A stretch of 55,820 nucleotides of DNA from Malacoraja senta (Eukaryota): the NCBI GenBank assembly GCA_038087875.1, contig JAXLNO010000628.1, forward strand, positions 62,001 to 117,820. The letters are read 5' to 3'. A program made the position numbers and the translations under genes. The notes below the pieces were generated by a model. That model did no database searches, had not been told where the DNA came from, and saw only the letters and a program-made list of their open reading frames with translations. Each line of letters opens with the position of its first letter. The first letter of the stretch is position 1. Shown here piece after piece: positions 1-12,648 of the stretch.

Positions 1-587
1 AGTTATAATCCAAATGTTCTTCAACATTCAATCTTTTACATATTACAAATGAATCATGCTTATTCTTGCAAGCTTCCATAGTTTACCAATCTCTTTAAAA
101 TACCATTGAAATGCTTCCAGGTGGTTTCACACTCATGTTTTATAATCTTAATACAAATTAACAAAATCTTACATTTCTTTTGCTTCAAAGTAATGGCGTC
201 AAAGAGTGGTTTTGAAAAGGCAAATGAGCAATTAGAGCAAGCTATTGATTGCCAAGTGACCCTTTACTGTGTGGCAGTATTAACTTAATTTAACTCGACT
301 TTTGGAGGGCAAATGTACAGAACACCGTGCACTGGGAGTAAAATCAAACTCTAATATAATTCAAGCCTCACAGGGGAACATGGTGGCAGCATCAATGCAT
401 ACCATCATTCTCCGTTGCCAGCTCACAAATCCAACCATAATTCTTAGAAAGGGAGCGTTACTCTTTGGCTGATTATCAGTCTCCTGTATACACTACTAGA
501 ATTGTAGAGTCATATGGAATGGAAACAGGCCTTTTGACACAACCAGTTGATGCCAGATAAGTTGCATGATCTAAGCTTGTTCATTTA

Positions 588-897
588 GAGCAGCACGGTA
601 GCGCAGCGGTAGAGTTGCTGCCTTACAGCACTTGCAGCACTGGAGACCCGGGTTCGATCCCGACTATGGGTGCTGTCTGTACGGAGTTTGTATGTTCTCC
701 CCGTGACCACATGGGTTTTCTCCGAGCTCTTCGGTTTCTTCCCACACTCCAAAGATGTACAGGTTTGTAGGTTAATTGGCTTGGTATAAGTGTAAATTGT
801 CCCTAGTGTGTGTAGGATAGCATTAATGTGCGGGGATCGCTGGTCGGTATGGGCTCGGTGGGCCGAAGGGCCTGTTTCCACACTGTATCTCGAAATG
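588..897 (+). mobile_element. tRNA-derived SINE (V-SINE/HE1-like), full length
   Basis: Pol III box-A-like GGTAGCGCAGCGG and box-B GGTTCGATCC head, central GGAGTTTGTATGTTCTCCCCGTG domain, 3' GGGCCGAAGGGCCTGTTTCC tail shared with CR1 3' ends in this window; many sibling copies. Confidence 0.85.
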
Positions 898-1376
898 AAA
901 CTACATTTGCCCAAATTTAGCCCACATCCCTCTGAGCCTGTCCCACTTTCACGACCTAATTCATGACCTCTGCCAAGTTTGCCCTTGACTCAGACTCGCA
1001 GCATGGTCATCACGAGGTCGTAGGAGGTCGTAGGTAGGTCGTGATGCTAGTCGTAGGTACTCGTGGCATCAGGTAGGTCGGGGCATTTTTCTAGCCTGAT
1101 GAAAAATGTCCACAAGTAAAAAAGGTTGTGAATTAGGTCGTGAAAGTGGGACAGGCCCTTTCCTATGCATACATCTGTCCAAATGCCTTTTAAACAGTAT
1201 AGTACCTGCCTCAACCACTTCCTCTGGTAGCTTGTTCCATAAACCTTCCACCCTCTGTGTGAAAATATTATCCCTCGTTCCTATTAAATCTTTTCTCTTT
1301 CATCTTAAACCTATGATCTCTGATTTTCGATTCCCTTACCCTGGTTAAAAGACTCTGTGCAATCGCCCTATCTATG
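898..1376 (-). mobile_element. CR1-type LINE 3' remnant, interrupted by a MITE
   Basis: Minus translation LWNKLPEEVVEAGTILFKRHLDRCM matches the CR1 ORF2 C-terminus at 8305-9117. Confidence 0.8.
934..1158. mobile_element. PIF/Harbinger-type MITE
   Basis: TIRs GCCTGTCCCACTTTCACGACCTAATTCA / TGAATTAGGTCGTGAAAGTGGGACAGGC; internal AGGTCGT-type repeats; no clean TSD. Confidence 0.8.
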
Positions 1377-1492
1377 CAAACATTCCTCCAGCAGCTTGTT
1401 TTTTACTCAAGATCATCTAACATGTGAGTATTTGAAATGCACTAACAGATCTCTATTCACCAGGTCTAAGAACAATTATCACGGTTTCCTAA

Positions 1493-1943
1493 AGGGCCTG
1501 TCCCATGAGCATGCGACTGCATGCGGCAAGCACAACCTAACGTGGTCGCTTGAGCCGTACGGCCTCGTGAGCCGTATGGAGTTGTGCAGAGCTGGTCCCG
1601 ACATCGCGCGGGGCTACGAAAAACGGACACTGTTCAAAAATCCCGCGCGGCAACGGCCTGCCGGCCCGCAGCCGCCTCGACGGGCGTGCGCAGTGCCTCG
1701 ACGCCGTACGCAGAGTCTTGACGCCGTACATCACGCGTGAACCTCCCGCGGACTTCGCTCGAACTTAACGTCAATCACTCGACCTCCACGCGGCCCCCGC
1801 TTCCGGTTTGGTCGCACTCGCCGCATGCAGTTGCATGCTGGTGGGACCGGCCCTGTACGGGGATCGCGCGACCTCCGTGCAGCCTCTGCTTCCGTTTAGG
1901 TCGCGCTTGCCGCATGCAGTCGCATGCTCGTGGAACAGGCCCT
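1493..1943. mobile_element. PIF/Harbinger-type MITE, GC-rich
   Basis: ~50-bp TIRs (AGGGCCTGTCCCATGAGCATGCGACTGCATGCGGCAAGC / GCTTGCCGCATGCAGTCGCATGCTCGTGGAACAGGCCCT) with TAA duplicated at 1490-1492 and 1944-1946. Confidence 0.9.
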
Positions 1944-2499
1944 TAACTCTGTTAAACGTCCATGTCTTGCAAGTAATGGACATATTTTCAAATTAGCACA
2001 CAGTCAGCACTGTGAAAATGTTTAAATTAGACATGGAACAATTTGATTAAAAAAGCATAGATAGGAAGTTGTGTTAATTAAAGACAATCAATTCCTCCAA
2101 ACAAAAAGGTCAATTTTTTTATTCCAACAAAGAGGTTATCTACAAGCAGAATTGCTGAAACAAGACTTTCCATTTCAGAGCCTAATATTGACTGAACTGA
2201 GTACTGCTTTTGACAGTACATTTTCTGAAGCTATTTTCCTTTGAGGTTAGGGTTTCTGAAGATAGACAAATCTGTTGTTTGTTTTCACATCTTATAATTG
2301 CAACCAGAGCATCCCAATATTTCAGTGAAGAGATACAATTATATAAAAGAGATAACAAAGTCTTGATTGTAGGAAATGAAAATGCATGTTTATACAATCA
2401 GGTTTAACGCAAGACATGATCAAGATTAGTCCTACAAAAGATTCAAGAATTTAAGCTTGTACATTGAGGCTTCTAACATTTCCCCCCACCTCCCACCAC

Positions 2500-2600
2500 A
2501 ATCAGTCTAAACAGGGGTCCGGAGCCAAAACATCACCTATCCATGCTCTCTAAAGATGCTGCCTGACCTGCTGAGTTACTCCAGCACATTGTGTTTTATT
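2500..2600 (+). repeat. Penelope-derived terminal repeat, degenerate half copy
   Basis: AGATGCTGCCTGACCTGCTGAGTTACTCCAGCA motif, also found downstream of the GIY-YIG remnant at 32820-32920. Confidence 0.7.
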
Positions 2601-4004
2601 CTAAACTTCAGACATAGTTTGGAATAGGTAAACTTGTGTTCGGAACTATTAAAAAATTGAAACAATTTCGAGCAGTTGTCCAAATCTTACCTGCTTGGCA
2701 GTTATTTTTTTTTAATTCAATAGGTTTCACTCGATAAATTTACAGTTCACAAATTGGGATTAGTGACGAGCTTCAACAAAACAACCAGCACATTTAAAAA
2801 ATAATTTACCATAATTAATTGGCATTTGAAGAATTCATTTTAATCTCCTGCTGAGGAATGCAAATGCTGCCTGCCCTCCATTCGGATTAGAGGCACATCC
2901 CAAGCCCCTAGGTTAGGGCACAAACAACATCCCTTCAAGTGTGCTCTGTAATTTAATTTTTATTATTCCGTTTGTCATTTCCTCTTGACGATCATTCCAT
3001 TGCAGAGCAGTTCGGTCATTCAGGTGCATCTGATTCCTCAACATTTGCATTAAACAGCATGTTGATATTTTGTTTGCAATGCAATATACGTCTTGCCCAC
3101 CATTCAGCAACAAGGCTGTGTCGCTATTTGAAATGTGCCACATCCACATAACCACCTTTTAATGCCAAAGTGAGATGTGCCTGCAGTTTACTGCTTCACA
3201 TTTTCACTACATAACACCCTGTTTACTGCCTTGTCCACTTGTCCTTCTCACCATGTCTGACTGGCAAACCATGTATTTCTCCCGGCGTGCTATCTCCCAG
3301 ACCTGCTAGCATTACAAGATACCCCTGGCCTTTATTGCGGAAGGTAGTGGACAAGGCAAGTTGCTGAGGCTTCAGTGTAACTAATCAATTTCCCCTGGCA
3401 TCGGTAAATATGGTACTCACAAAGGTTTCGAGTCTTCACCAGGATCGTAAGAGGACTGATAAACAGATCTCGGCAGTGATAGGTACCACTGGGCATATCA
3501 ATAAGAACCAGTTTAATGAAACAAACCTCACATCACAACCCAGTCTTTCCAATCCTATCAATCATTCTGTGTGTTGCCTTCTCTACCCTTTTCAGCAACT
3601 ACAGTATCATTGATCTTTTCTGCATCAACAATCAATATACATCAATTTCAGACTCTGGTAGTTTAGCCTAGGTAAGGGTGATCATTGGTTGGTGCGGACT
3701 CGGTGAGCTGAAGAGCCTGGTTCCATTCTGTATCTCTAAACTAAACTAACCCAACCCCCTAATCCAGGCATCATTCTGATCATTCAGTCTCTCCTTGTTT
3801 CCACCTCTCTGCAACTTAAAGCTTGCTTGTTTGCTCACATTTCCAGTTCAGAAGAAAAGTTGACACTCTTTCTTTCTCCGTGAATGCTATGAAGAATTTT
3901 CTGTCATTATCTAAGACTTCTGGATTCAGCAACTTTTTTTGCTTGTCAAACTTTTGTTTCAAAGGTTATCCTTTCTTAAAAAAATACAGTAACAATAAAC
4001 GGCT

Positions 4005-4305
4005 TTAGTTTAGATTAGAGATACAGCGTGGTAACTGTCCCTTTGGCCCACCGAGTTCACGCCAACCAGTGACCACCCATACACTAGTTCTATCCTATAC
4101 CCAAAGGGACAAGTTACAGAAGCCAATTAATCAACAAAACCTGCACGTCATTGCAATGTGGGAGAAAACCGGAGCACCTGGAGAGAACCCACAAGGTCAC
4201 AGGGAGAACATACAAACTCCATACAGACCGCACCCATAGTCAGGATTGAATCCAGGTCTCTGGCATTCCAAGCTAACAAGTCTACTGCTGTGCAACTGTG
4301 CCACC
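4005..4305 (-). mobile_element. tRNA-derived SINE (V-SINE/HE1-like), diverged
   Basis: Reverse-complement similarity to 588-897 over ~300 bp; (TTTAG)n tail. Confidence 0.8.
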
Positions 4306-4616
4306 CTTTCTTCAGTTGTCAAATACAATTCCAATTTTAGTAACATCTGGAAGCAATCATGCAGAGTATTCTTTGGATCACCTCACTTCCTTCCTATCTT
4401 TAGTTCCTGATGAATGTAACCCTTTTTCTTTAACTCAAACATTGCATAGTTGTGTAATAGCCCTGCTTGTAAGAACTTGACTTGTACCACAACTAATTCT
4501 TATCATGCCCTCTGTCTGCCATGACCTTCCATAACTGAAGGAAAGGGGTCAAATATAATTCTAACTTTTGCTGCTTGCACTGTACCATTTCAGTCTGCTT
4601 TTTATTTTCTATTGGC

Positions 4617-4920
4617 TTTAGTTTAGTTTAGAGATACAGTGTGGAAACAGGCCCTTCGGCCCAGTGAGTCTGCACTGACCAGCGACCACCATATACTAGC
4701 ATTATTCTATACTCCAGGGACAATTTACTATCTTTACCGAAGCCAATTAACCTACAAACCTGTACATCTTTGGAGTGGGAGGAAACCAGAGCACCCGGAC
4801 AAAACACACGCTGTCACAGGGAGAACATACAAACTCCGTACAGACAGCACACAAAGTCAGGATCGAACCTGGATCTCTGCAGCTGTAAGAGAGCCATTCT
4901 ACTGCTGCGCCACCGTGCCG
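4617..4920 (-). mobile_element. tRNA-derived SINE (V-SINE/HE1-like)
   Basis: Reverse complement of the 588-897 family; box B as GGATCGAACC; (TTTAG)n tail. Confidence 0.85.
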
Positions 4921-4976
4921 TAATCTATTAATGATATAATTTTTAATATTATCCTTCATTTCTATTGCCCCATTTA

Positions 4977-5952
4977 AAGTGAAATCTTGCTTTGTTACAC
5001 AAATGCTCATGCTGATTTTTTTCATATTCTAAAAACAGTTAATTACATGGACTTTTCTTGTGTGGGAATTTGACAAATGCTTCTGTTCAGGGGTTGGTAT
5101 AAAAACGTTGAAAACCATGAGTCAAGACCTTAAAGATCAATTACACAACGCTCTCCTTCCCATCTTCACTTCATGAACATCAATAAATTCTGAAGTTTGG
5201 TGCACAATTCTTCTTTATGCCCTTAAGTCCTGTCCCCATCAAATGTCAATGATCTCTGTGCCCCAGTAAATCACTTTCACGGATTCTCTTTAAATACCTG
5301 CTTAGCTTCCTATCTGTTCCTGAAATTCATTGGCCAAAACACCTTCCCTGCATCATTTAAACTTTTCATTGTGGGTTTCTCTTTGTTTTAAGCAAGGATG
5401 CTCGATTTCATTTGTTAATGCTTATTGAATTCTCGGAATTCAGTAAAGGAAAACGTCATTCAATCTTTTGTGCTTACGCCATCCCTTTGAAAAAGCAAAG
5501 CAATTAGTCCCACTTCTGTACTCTTCTCACAGTTCTGAGTATGATTCCTGTTTATTTATCCAATTCCCTTGTAGAAGTTACTGTCGAGTCAGTTTCACCA
5601 TCCTTAGGTGCAGAATCTTTTCAGATTAAAGCTGCACTTTGCATGAAAAAAAATCTTCTCATCTCATGTGCAGGAAGGAACTGCAGATACTGGTTTACAC
5701 CGAAGATAAACACAATATGCTGGAGTCAATCAGTGGGTCAGGCAGCATCTCTGGAGAAAAAAATTAGGTGACGTTTCAGACTGAAGAAAGGTCTCAACCC
5801 GAAATGTCACCTATTCCTTTTCTTGACACACTGCCTGACCCACTGAATTACTCCAGCATTTTGTGTCTATCCTCTCTTATTATAACTCTAAAGTTACCAT
5901 TTTTTTCAATGACATTCTCCAAAGTTTGTGCAGAGGACATAATGTTCATTTT
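4977..5952 (+). repeat. Direct duplication copy 1 (976 bp) flanking L1
   Basis: Matches 10842-11815 with about 8 substitutions and one 2-bp indel, counted by eye. Confidence 0.95.
5670..5871. repeat. Penelope-derived fold-back element with hammerhead-like core (duplicated at ~11535-11734)
   Basis: Arms GCTGGAGT..CAGTGGGTCAGGCAG / CTGCCTGACCCACTG..ACTCCAGC around CTGAAGAAAGGTCTCAACCCGAAATGTC. Confidence 0.75.
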
Positions 5953-8900
5953 TTTTTTTGAAAATATTTTTTATTGGAGATAAGTACACAACCTATTAAC
6001 ATCATTACAGTCTTACATTTTTGAATTGATAATATTGTCAATTATTATTACATTGTCTCCAATACCTTTTGCCTTTTTTTTAAATATTTTTTTTAAACTA
6101 GATAGAACTAAAAAGATAGATGAAGTAAAGAAAGAAAAGAGAGAGAAGAAAAGAGAGAGAAAGGAAAAAAAAAAAAAAAAAAAAAAAACAGAAAAGAAAA
6201 AGATAGTTAAAGAAGAATGGAAAAATTTATTAAAATAAAAAACTTCATTCGAGATATATTCGTACATTTCAGAGTATAGCATTTCATCCATTCTTTAGCC
6301 CGAGTGTTAGTCAGGTTCCTGTGCTGAACCATTCTGACCCTTTAAATAATCAATAAAGGGAGACCATGTTCCAACGAATAATTCCTGTTTGTCCAACAGG
6401 GAAAATCTGATTCTTTCCACGTTTAAGGTCTCCGTCATTTCTATAATCCACATTTTGATTGTGGGGGTTATTGGGCCTTTCCAAAATTTTAGAATTAAAT
6501 TTTTTCCTGTTATTATACCATAATCAATAAAGTTTCTTTGTGTTGTTGTAAATGTTTGATTTAATTCTAATGTTCCGAGTATTATTAATTTTGTATCCGG
6601 GTCCAATTGTGTGCTGGTCACTTTAGATATTATACTAAAAATATTTACCCAGAATTTTTTAATTTTTATACAGTTTGCAAACATATGAGATAAGGTAGCT
6701 TCTAAATGTTGACATTTATCACATATAGGTGAGATATGTTGAAAGATTTTATGTAATTTTGTTTTTGAATAATGTAACCTATGTATTACTTTAAATTGTA
6801 TTAAAGAATGTCTGGCATTTAATGAACATTGATGTATGTGTTGTAAACTTTCTTCCCAAGTATCTTTTGTTATTATTTGATTTAATTCTTTTTCCCATGT
6901 TTGTCTGTGTAAATCCGTCGATAGAATGTCACTGTCTAATAAGATATTATATATATAAGATATTATATATATAAGATATTAATTTTTCTGTATTAGGATG
7001 TTTATTCCAACATTCGTCAAGAATTTCTGAATTTCTAATTCGAAAATTTTGAGTATTCGATTTTACATAATCTCTGAGTTGAAGATATCTGAAATAATCA
7101 TTTCCTCGGAGTCCATAAGTCTGTTGCAACTCCTGAAATGTCAGAAAAGTGCCTTCCTTGTAAAGTTGTCCCATATTTTTAATTCCATAATTCTTCCATT
7201 GTGTAAACCCCCTGTCCAACCATGAGGGCTTAAACAAAGGGTTATTCACATTTGGAAGAAAAAGTGATAAATTATCTAATTTTAATGTCTTTTTTAATTG
7301 TTTCCAAATTCGTATAGCACTAAATATTATAGGGTTTTCCCTATAAATTTTTTTGTTTAATTTAGACGTAGCAAATAATATCGAGCCGATATCAAAAGGT
7401 AAACAATCTTCCTTTTCCATTTTTAACCAATCTGGTTGTTGATCTATTTCTTCCAACCAGAAATTCATATTTTTAATATTAACTGCCTAAAAATAAAACA
7501 GAAAGTTGGGTAAAACCAAGCCTCCATTTATTTTTGATTTACACAAATGTCTTTTGTTTATCCTATGATTCTTATAATCCCAGATAAAATCATTAACAAT
7601 GGAATCCAATTTTTAAAAAAAGTTTTTTGACAAATATATCGGAATTGTCTGAAAAAGGTATAATATTTGCGGTAAAAAAATCATTTTTATGGCATTAATT
7701 TTGCCAACCATTGAGATAGGAAGTGTTTTCCAGTATTGAATATTCTTATGTAGTTTGTTCAGTAATGGGGGAAAATTTGCTTTAAATAATGATGTATATA
7801 TCTTAGTTACATAAATACCTAGGTATTTAAATTTTTCATTTACTATTTTAAATGGAAATTGTTGTATTATCTGTTTGTTATGTTCCCTTATTGGCATAAT
7901 TTCCCTTTTATTCCAATTTATTCTGTATCCTGAGAGTGAACCAAATTGTGTTATTAGCTTTAATAAGTTTGGAATACTAATTTCTGGTTTTGTAATGTAA
8001 ATTAGTACATCATCTGCGTATAGAGAAATTTTATTCACTGTGTCCTTTGTGATATACCCATGTATTTCCGGATGACCCCTAACTCTTTCTGCGAGTGGCT
8101 CCATAGCAAGCGCAAATAATAATGGAGATAACGGGCATCCTTGTCTACAACCTCTAGATAGGCTGAATTTAGATAACCATATAACCATATAACCATATAA
8201 CCATAACAGCACGGAAACAGGCCATCTCGGCCCTTCAAGTCCGTGCCGAACATTTAATTTTTTTTTTTTATTTTTTTTTTTAATTAAAAATAAAATACTT
8301 CCCCCTAGTCCCATCTACCTGCACTCAGACCATAACCCTCCATTCCTTTCTCGTCCATATACCCATCCAATCTATTTTTAAAGGATAACATCGAACCTGC
8401 CTCCACCACTTCCACTGGAAGCTCATTCCACACAGCTACCACTCTCTGAGTAAAGAAGTTCCCCCTAATGTTCCCCCTAAACTTCTGTCCCTTAATTCTC
8501 AAGTCATGTCCCCTTGTTTGAATCTTCCCTACTCTCAATGGGAAAAGCTTATCCACGTCCACTCTGTCTAACCCGCTCATAATTTTAAAGACCTCTATCA
8601 AGTCCCCTCTTAACCTTCTGCGCTCCAAAGAATAAAGACCTAACTTGTTCAACCTTTCTCTGTAACTTAGTTGCTGAAACCCAGGCAACATTCTAGTAAA
8701 TCTCCTCTGTACTCTCTCTATTTTGTTGACATCCTTCCTATAATTAGGCGACCAAAATTGTACTCCATACTCCAGAATTGGCCTCACCAATGCCTTGTAC
8801 AATTTTAACATTACATCCCAACTTCTATATTCAATGCTCTGATTTATAAAGGCCAGCACACCAAACGCTTTCTTTACCACCCTATCTACATGAGATTCCA

Positions 8901-10826
8901 CCTTCAGGGAACTATGCACAGTTATTCCTAGATCCCTCTGTTCAACTGCATTCCTCAATTCGCTACCATTTACCGTGTACGTCCTATTTTGATTTGTCCT
9001 GCCGAGATGTAGCACCTCACATTTGTCAGCATTAAACTCCATCTGCCATCTTTCAGCCCACTCTTCCAAATGGCCTAAATCTCTCTGTAGACTTTGAAAA
9101 TCTACTTCATTATCCACTCAGATGACAACCTTTGGTCTGTTAATATTCTAGCCGTAGGGTTTGTATATAACAGTTTTATCCATGTGCAGAATTTCTCCCC
9201 TAGCTGCATGTTTTCCATCACCGAAAATAAATAAGACCATTCAACCTGATCAAATGCTTTTTCAGCGTCAAGTGAGATTATTGCTAGATCTTCATTAATA
9301 ATTCTCTTAGAATAAATAATATTAAATAATCTTAGATTATAATATGAGTACCGTTTCTGAATAAAGCCTGTTTGATCAGGGTGTATTAATTTATTCATCA
9401 CTGTACTTAATCTATGCGCTAGTATTTTAGTTAATATTTTCTGATCTGTATTTAAAAGTGCAATTGCTCTATATGATCCCGGATCTTCCGGATCTTTATT
9501 AACTTTAGGAATAAGTGTTATTATAGATTCATTTAAAGTATCTGGAAGTTTCTGTTGAGTATAGATATGCTCATACAGCATTTGTAAACGTGGGGAGAGC
9601 AAATCATAATTTTTTTAATAAAATTCAGAGCCTAAACCATCTGGTCCTACTGCTTTACCATTTTTTAAAGAGCCAATAGACTCCTCAATATCCTTTATCG
9701 TAATCTCCCTTTCTAATAATTCTCTATCGTTTGAATCTAAACCTTTTAAATTACATTTTAGTAAAAAATCTGCTATTCCTTCTGGTTGTACTAGTTTTAG
9801 TTGAATAAAGATTATGATAGTATTGGAGAAATCTTTCATTTATATCCTTGGGCATTTTTAATAATTCTCCTGTCTCTGTTCTAATTTTATGAATTATTTT
9901 TTCCCCTTCCATTTTTCGTAACTGACGTGCTAATAGTTTTTGTGGTTTGTCTCCAAATTCAAAATGTAATTGTTTGGTTTTTTGATAAAGTTGTATTACT
10001 TGTTCTGAATACATTTTGTTTAATTTATATTTCAATACAGCAATTTTATTATGTTTTAAAATAGATGGCATTCTCGCATTTTCTATATCTAGTTGTTTGA
10101 TTTCCCTTTCCAATGTTTGTTGTTTAATCCTGTTCTCTTTATTATAAAATACTTGAGCAGAAATTAATGCACCTCGAACAAACGCTTTAAACGTTTCCCA
10201 CATAAGAGAAGTAGGTGTGTCAGGGTTGTCATTTACCTCAAAAAATATTTGAATCTGTTTAGTAATATATTCCTGGCATGATCTTTCGTTCAAAATTTGT
10301 GGGTTAAATCTCCAATATGTTTGTTTCTCGGACATTCCATTTAATTTAATCATGAATGTTACAGGTGCGTGATCTGAGATTATAATATTATGGTATTTTG
10401 AGTTATAAGTAAATGGGATAAACGTGGAGTCAACTAAAAAATAATCTATTCTTGAGTATGTTTTATGTACTGGTGAGTAAAATGAATATTCCCGTCCAGT
10501 TGGATTTTCAATTCTCCAGACATCCTTAATATTAGTGGTATTAATAAATGAATTTAAAAATACACTTGATTGAGATTTTACTTTTTTTTGCCTTGATGAT
10601 CTATCTAAGTATGAATCTAATGTACAATTGAAGTCTCCTCCAATTATTAATTTATATTGTGTAAATTCTGGAATTTTATTAAATGTTTTATTAAAAACCA
10701 TAGGGTTATCAAAATTAGGCCCATATACATTAAGAAGAATCACTTTTTCTCCATTTAACTCTCCAACTAATATAATATATCTACCATCAATATCCGCTAT
10801 TGTTGATGAATTCGTAAAAGGTATTC
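5953..10826 (-). mobile_element. L1-clade LINE, 5'-truncated, disrupted ORF2 (APE endonuclease, RT, C-terminal Cys/His region)
   Basis: Motifs NVYGPN, GGDFNC, YSRIDYF, SDHAP (EN); GPDG, YRAIALLNTDQKIL, SLDAEKAFDQVEW, GCRQGCPLSPLLF, LYADD (RT); CDKC..H..C; AATAAA (5970-5975, minus) then poly-A; several frameshifts; no ORF1. Confidence 0.95.
8175..9119 (-). mobile_element. CR1-type LINE, 5'-truncated, nested in the L1 RT domain
   Basis: Uninterrupted 270-aa frame (WQMEFNADKCEVLH, LVRPILEYGVQFWSP, LERRRLRGDLIEVFK, WNELP); (ATATGGTT)n 3' tail; AGAT on both sides (8171-8174, 9120-9123). Confidence 0.95.
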
Positions 10827-10841
10827 CTTGCTTTGTTACAC

Positions 10842-11815
10842 AAGTGAAATCTTGCTTTGTTACACAAATGCTCATGCTGATTTTTTTCATATTCTAAAAA
10901 CAGTTAATTCCATGGACTTTTCTTGTGTGGGAATTTGACAAATGCTTCTGTTCAGGGGTTGGTATAAAAACATTGAAAACCATGAGTCAAGACCTTAAAG
11001 ATCAATTACACAACGCTCTACTTCCCATCTTCACTTCATGAACATCAATAAATTCTGAAGTTTGGTGCACAATTCTTCTTTATGCCCTTAAGTCCTGTCC
11101 CCATCAAATGTCAATGATCTCTGTGCCCCAGTAAATCGCTTTCACGGATTCTCTTTAAATACCTGCTTAGCTTCCTATCTGTTCCTGAAATTCATTGGCC
11201 AAAACACCTTCCCTGCATCATTTAAACTTTTCATTGTGGGTTTCTCTTTGTTTTAAGCAAGGATGCTCGATTTCTTTTGTTAATGCTTATTGAATTCTCG
11301 GAATTCAGTAAAGGAAAACGTCATTCAGTCTTTTGTGCTTACGCCATCCCTTTGAAAAAGCAAAGCAATTAGTCCCACTTCTGTACTCTTCTCACAGTTC
11401 TGAGTAAGATTCCTGTTTATTTATCCAATTCCCTTGTAGAAGTTACTGTCGAGTCAGTTTCACCATCCTTAGGTGCAGAATCTTTTCAGATTAAAGCTGC
11501 ACTTTGCATGAAAAAAAATCTTCTCATCTCATGTGCAGGAAGGAACTGCAGATACTGGTTTACACCGAAGATAAACACAATATGCTGGAGTCAATCAGTG
11601 GGTCAGGCAGCATCTCTGGAGAAAAAAATTAGGTGACGTTTCAGACTGAAGAAAGATCTCAACCCGAAATGTCACCTATTCCTTTTCTTCACACTGCCTG
11701 ACCCACTGAATTACTCCAGCATTTTGTGTCTATCCTCTCTTATTATAACTCTAAAGTTACCATTTTTTTCAATGACATTCTCCAAAGTTTGTGCAGAGGA
11801 CATAATGTTCATTTT
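10842..11815 (+). repeat. Direct duplication copy 2 (974 bp) flanking L1
   Basis: Matches 4977-5952; ends at TTTT/AA (11812-11817). Confidence 0.95.
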
Positions 11816-12026
11816 AAGCTGTCTTGCCTTTCAAGGAGCTTATTTTATATGTTAATGATCTTGGCATCTAGAGGTACAAAGAGAATGTCATAGCGATCCA
11901 GAAATGTCCCAATATGTAATCTCAGTGGACGGGGCTCTCAGTGTCAGACTGGAATTATAGAAATATGACGGTTTCTTTAAATATCTACTTGGATAAATTA
12001 GATAGCTACATATCAGAAATCTAATT

Positions 12027-12312
12027 TTGTTTAGTTTAGTTTGGAGATACAGCTTGGAAACAGGCCCATTGAGCCCACGCCACCCATCAGAATCCGTTCA
12101 CACTAGTTCTATGTTATCCTACATTTGCATCCACTCCCGACACACTAAGGGCAATTTACACAGGTCAATTAACCTACAAACCCACATGTCTTTGAGATGA
12201 GTGGGGGAAAGCCCACATGGTCACAGGAGAACATGCAAACTCCACACAGACAGCACCCAATGACAGGATCAAACCCAGGTTTATGGTGCTGTGGGGCAGC
12301 AGCTCCACCAGC
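12027..12312 (-). mobile_element. tRNA-derived SINE, diverged
   Basis: Reverse-complement similarity to 588-897; (TTTAG)n tail. Confidence 0.75.
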
Positions 12313-12648
12313 TGGATGAGGCACTCTAAAATGAAAATTTGTAACCAAAAATTATTTAACTTTCGTTTCGCCTTCTTAAGAAAAACAAATTATATCGCTC
12401 TTTTAACATCTTCAGAACATCCAAAGCACCTCAGAGCAATTAACTGGTTTATTATGTCTCCAGCTCAAGATTCCATAATCGCACAACTATGATGGAAGAG
12501 TAATCCCAGTTAACCAAGGCTGACATTCCTTGTTTTGGAATGATGCCCCTGTGATATCCAAGATCCAACCAGCCAAGCACAAGCATCAACAGCGAAAGAT
12601 AATATACCTGGAAATTAATCCGCCTTTCAGTAGCAACTAAACAATACT

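Noticed and set aside
2179..2245. Plus-strand exon-like segment (TTTCAG|...GAG|GTTAGG)
   Set aside because: The longest frame ends in a stop just before the donor and the peptide is not recognisable.
6013..6291. Lys/Glu-rich and Phe-rich ORFs
   Set aside because: Low-complexity L1 3' UTR.
9751..10890. 379-aa ORF with ATG
   Set aside because: The ATG and first ~21 codons come from the duplicated target DNA; the rest is an N-truncated L1 endonuclease ending in a frameshift. No sign of domestication.
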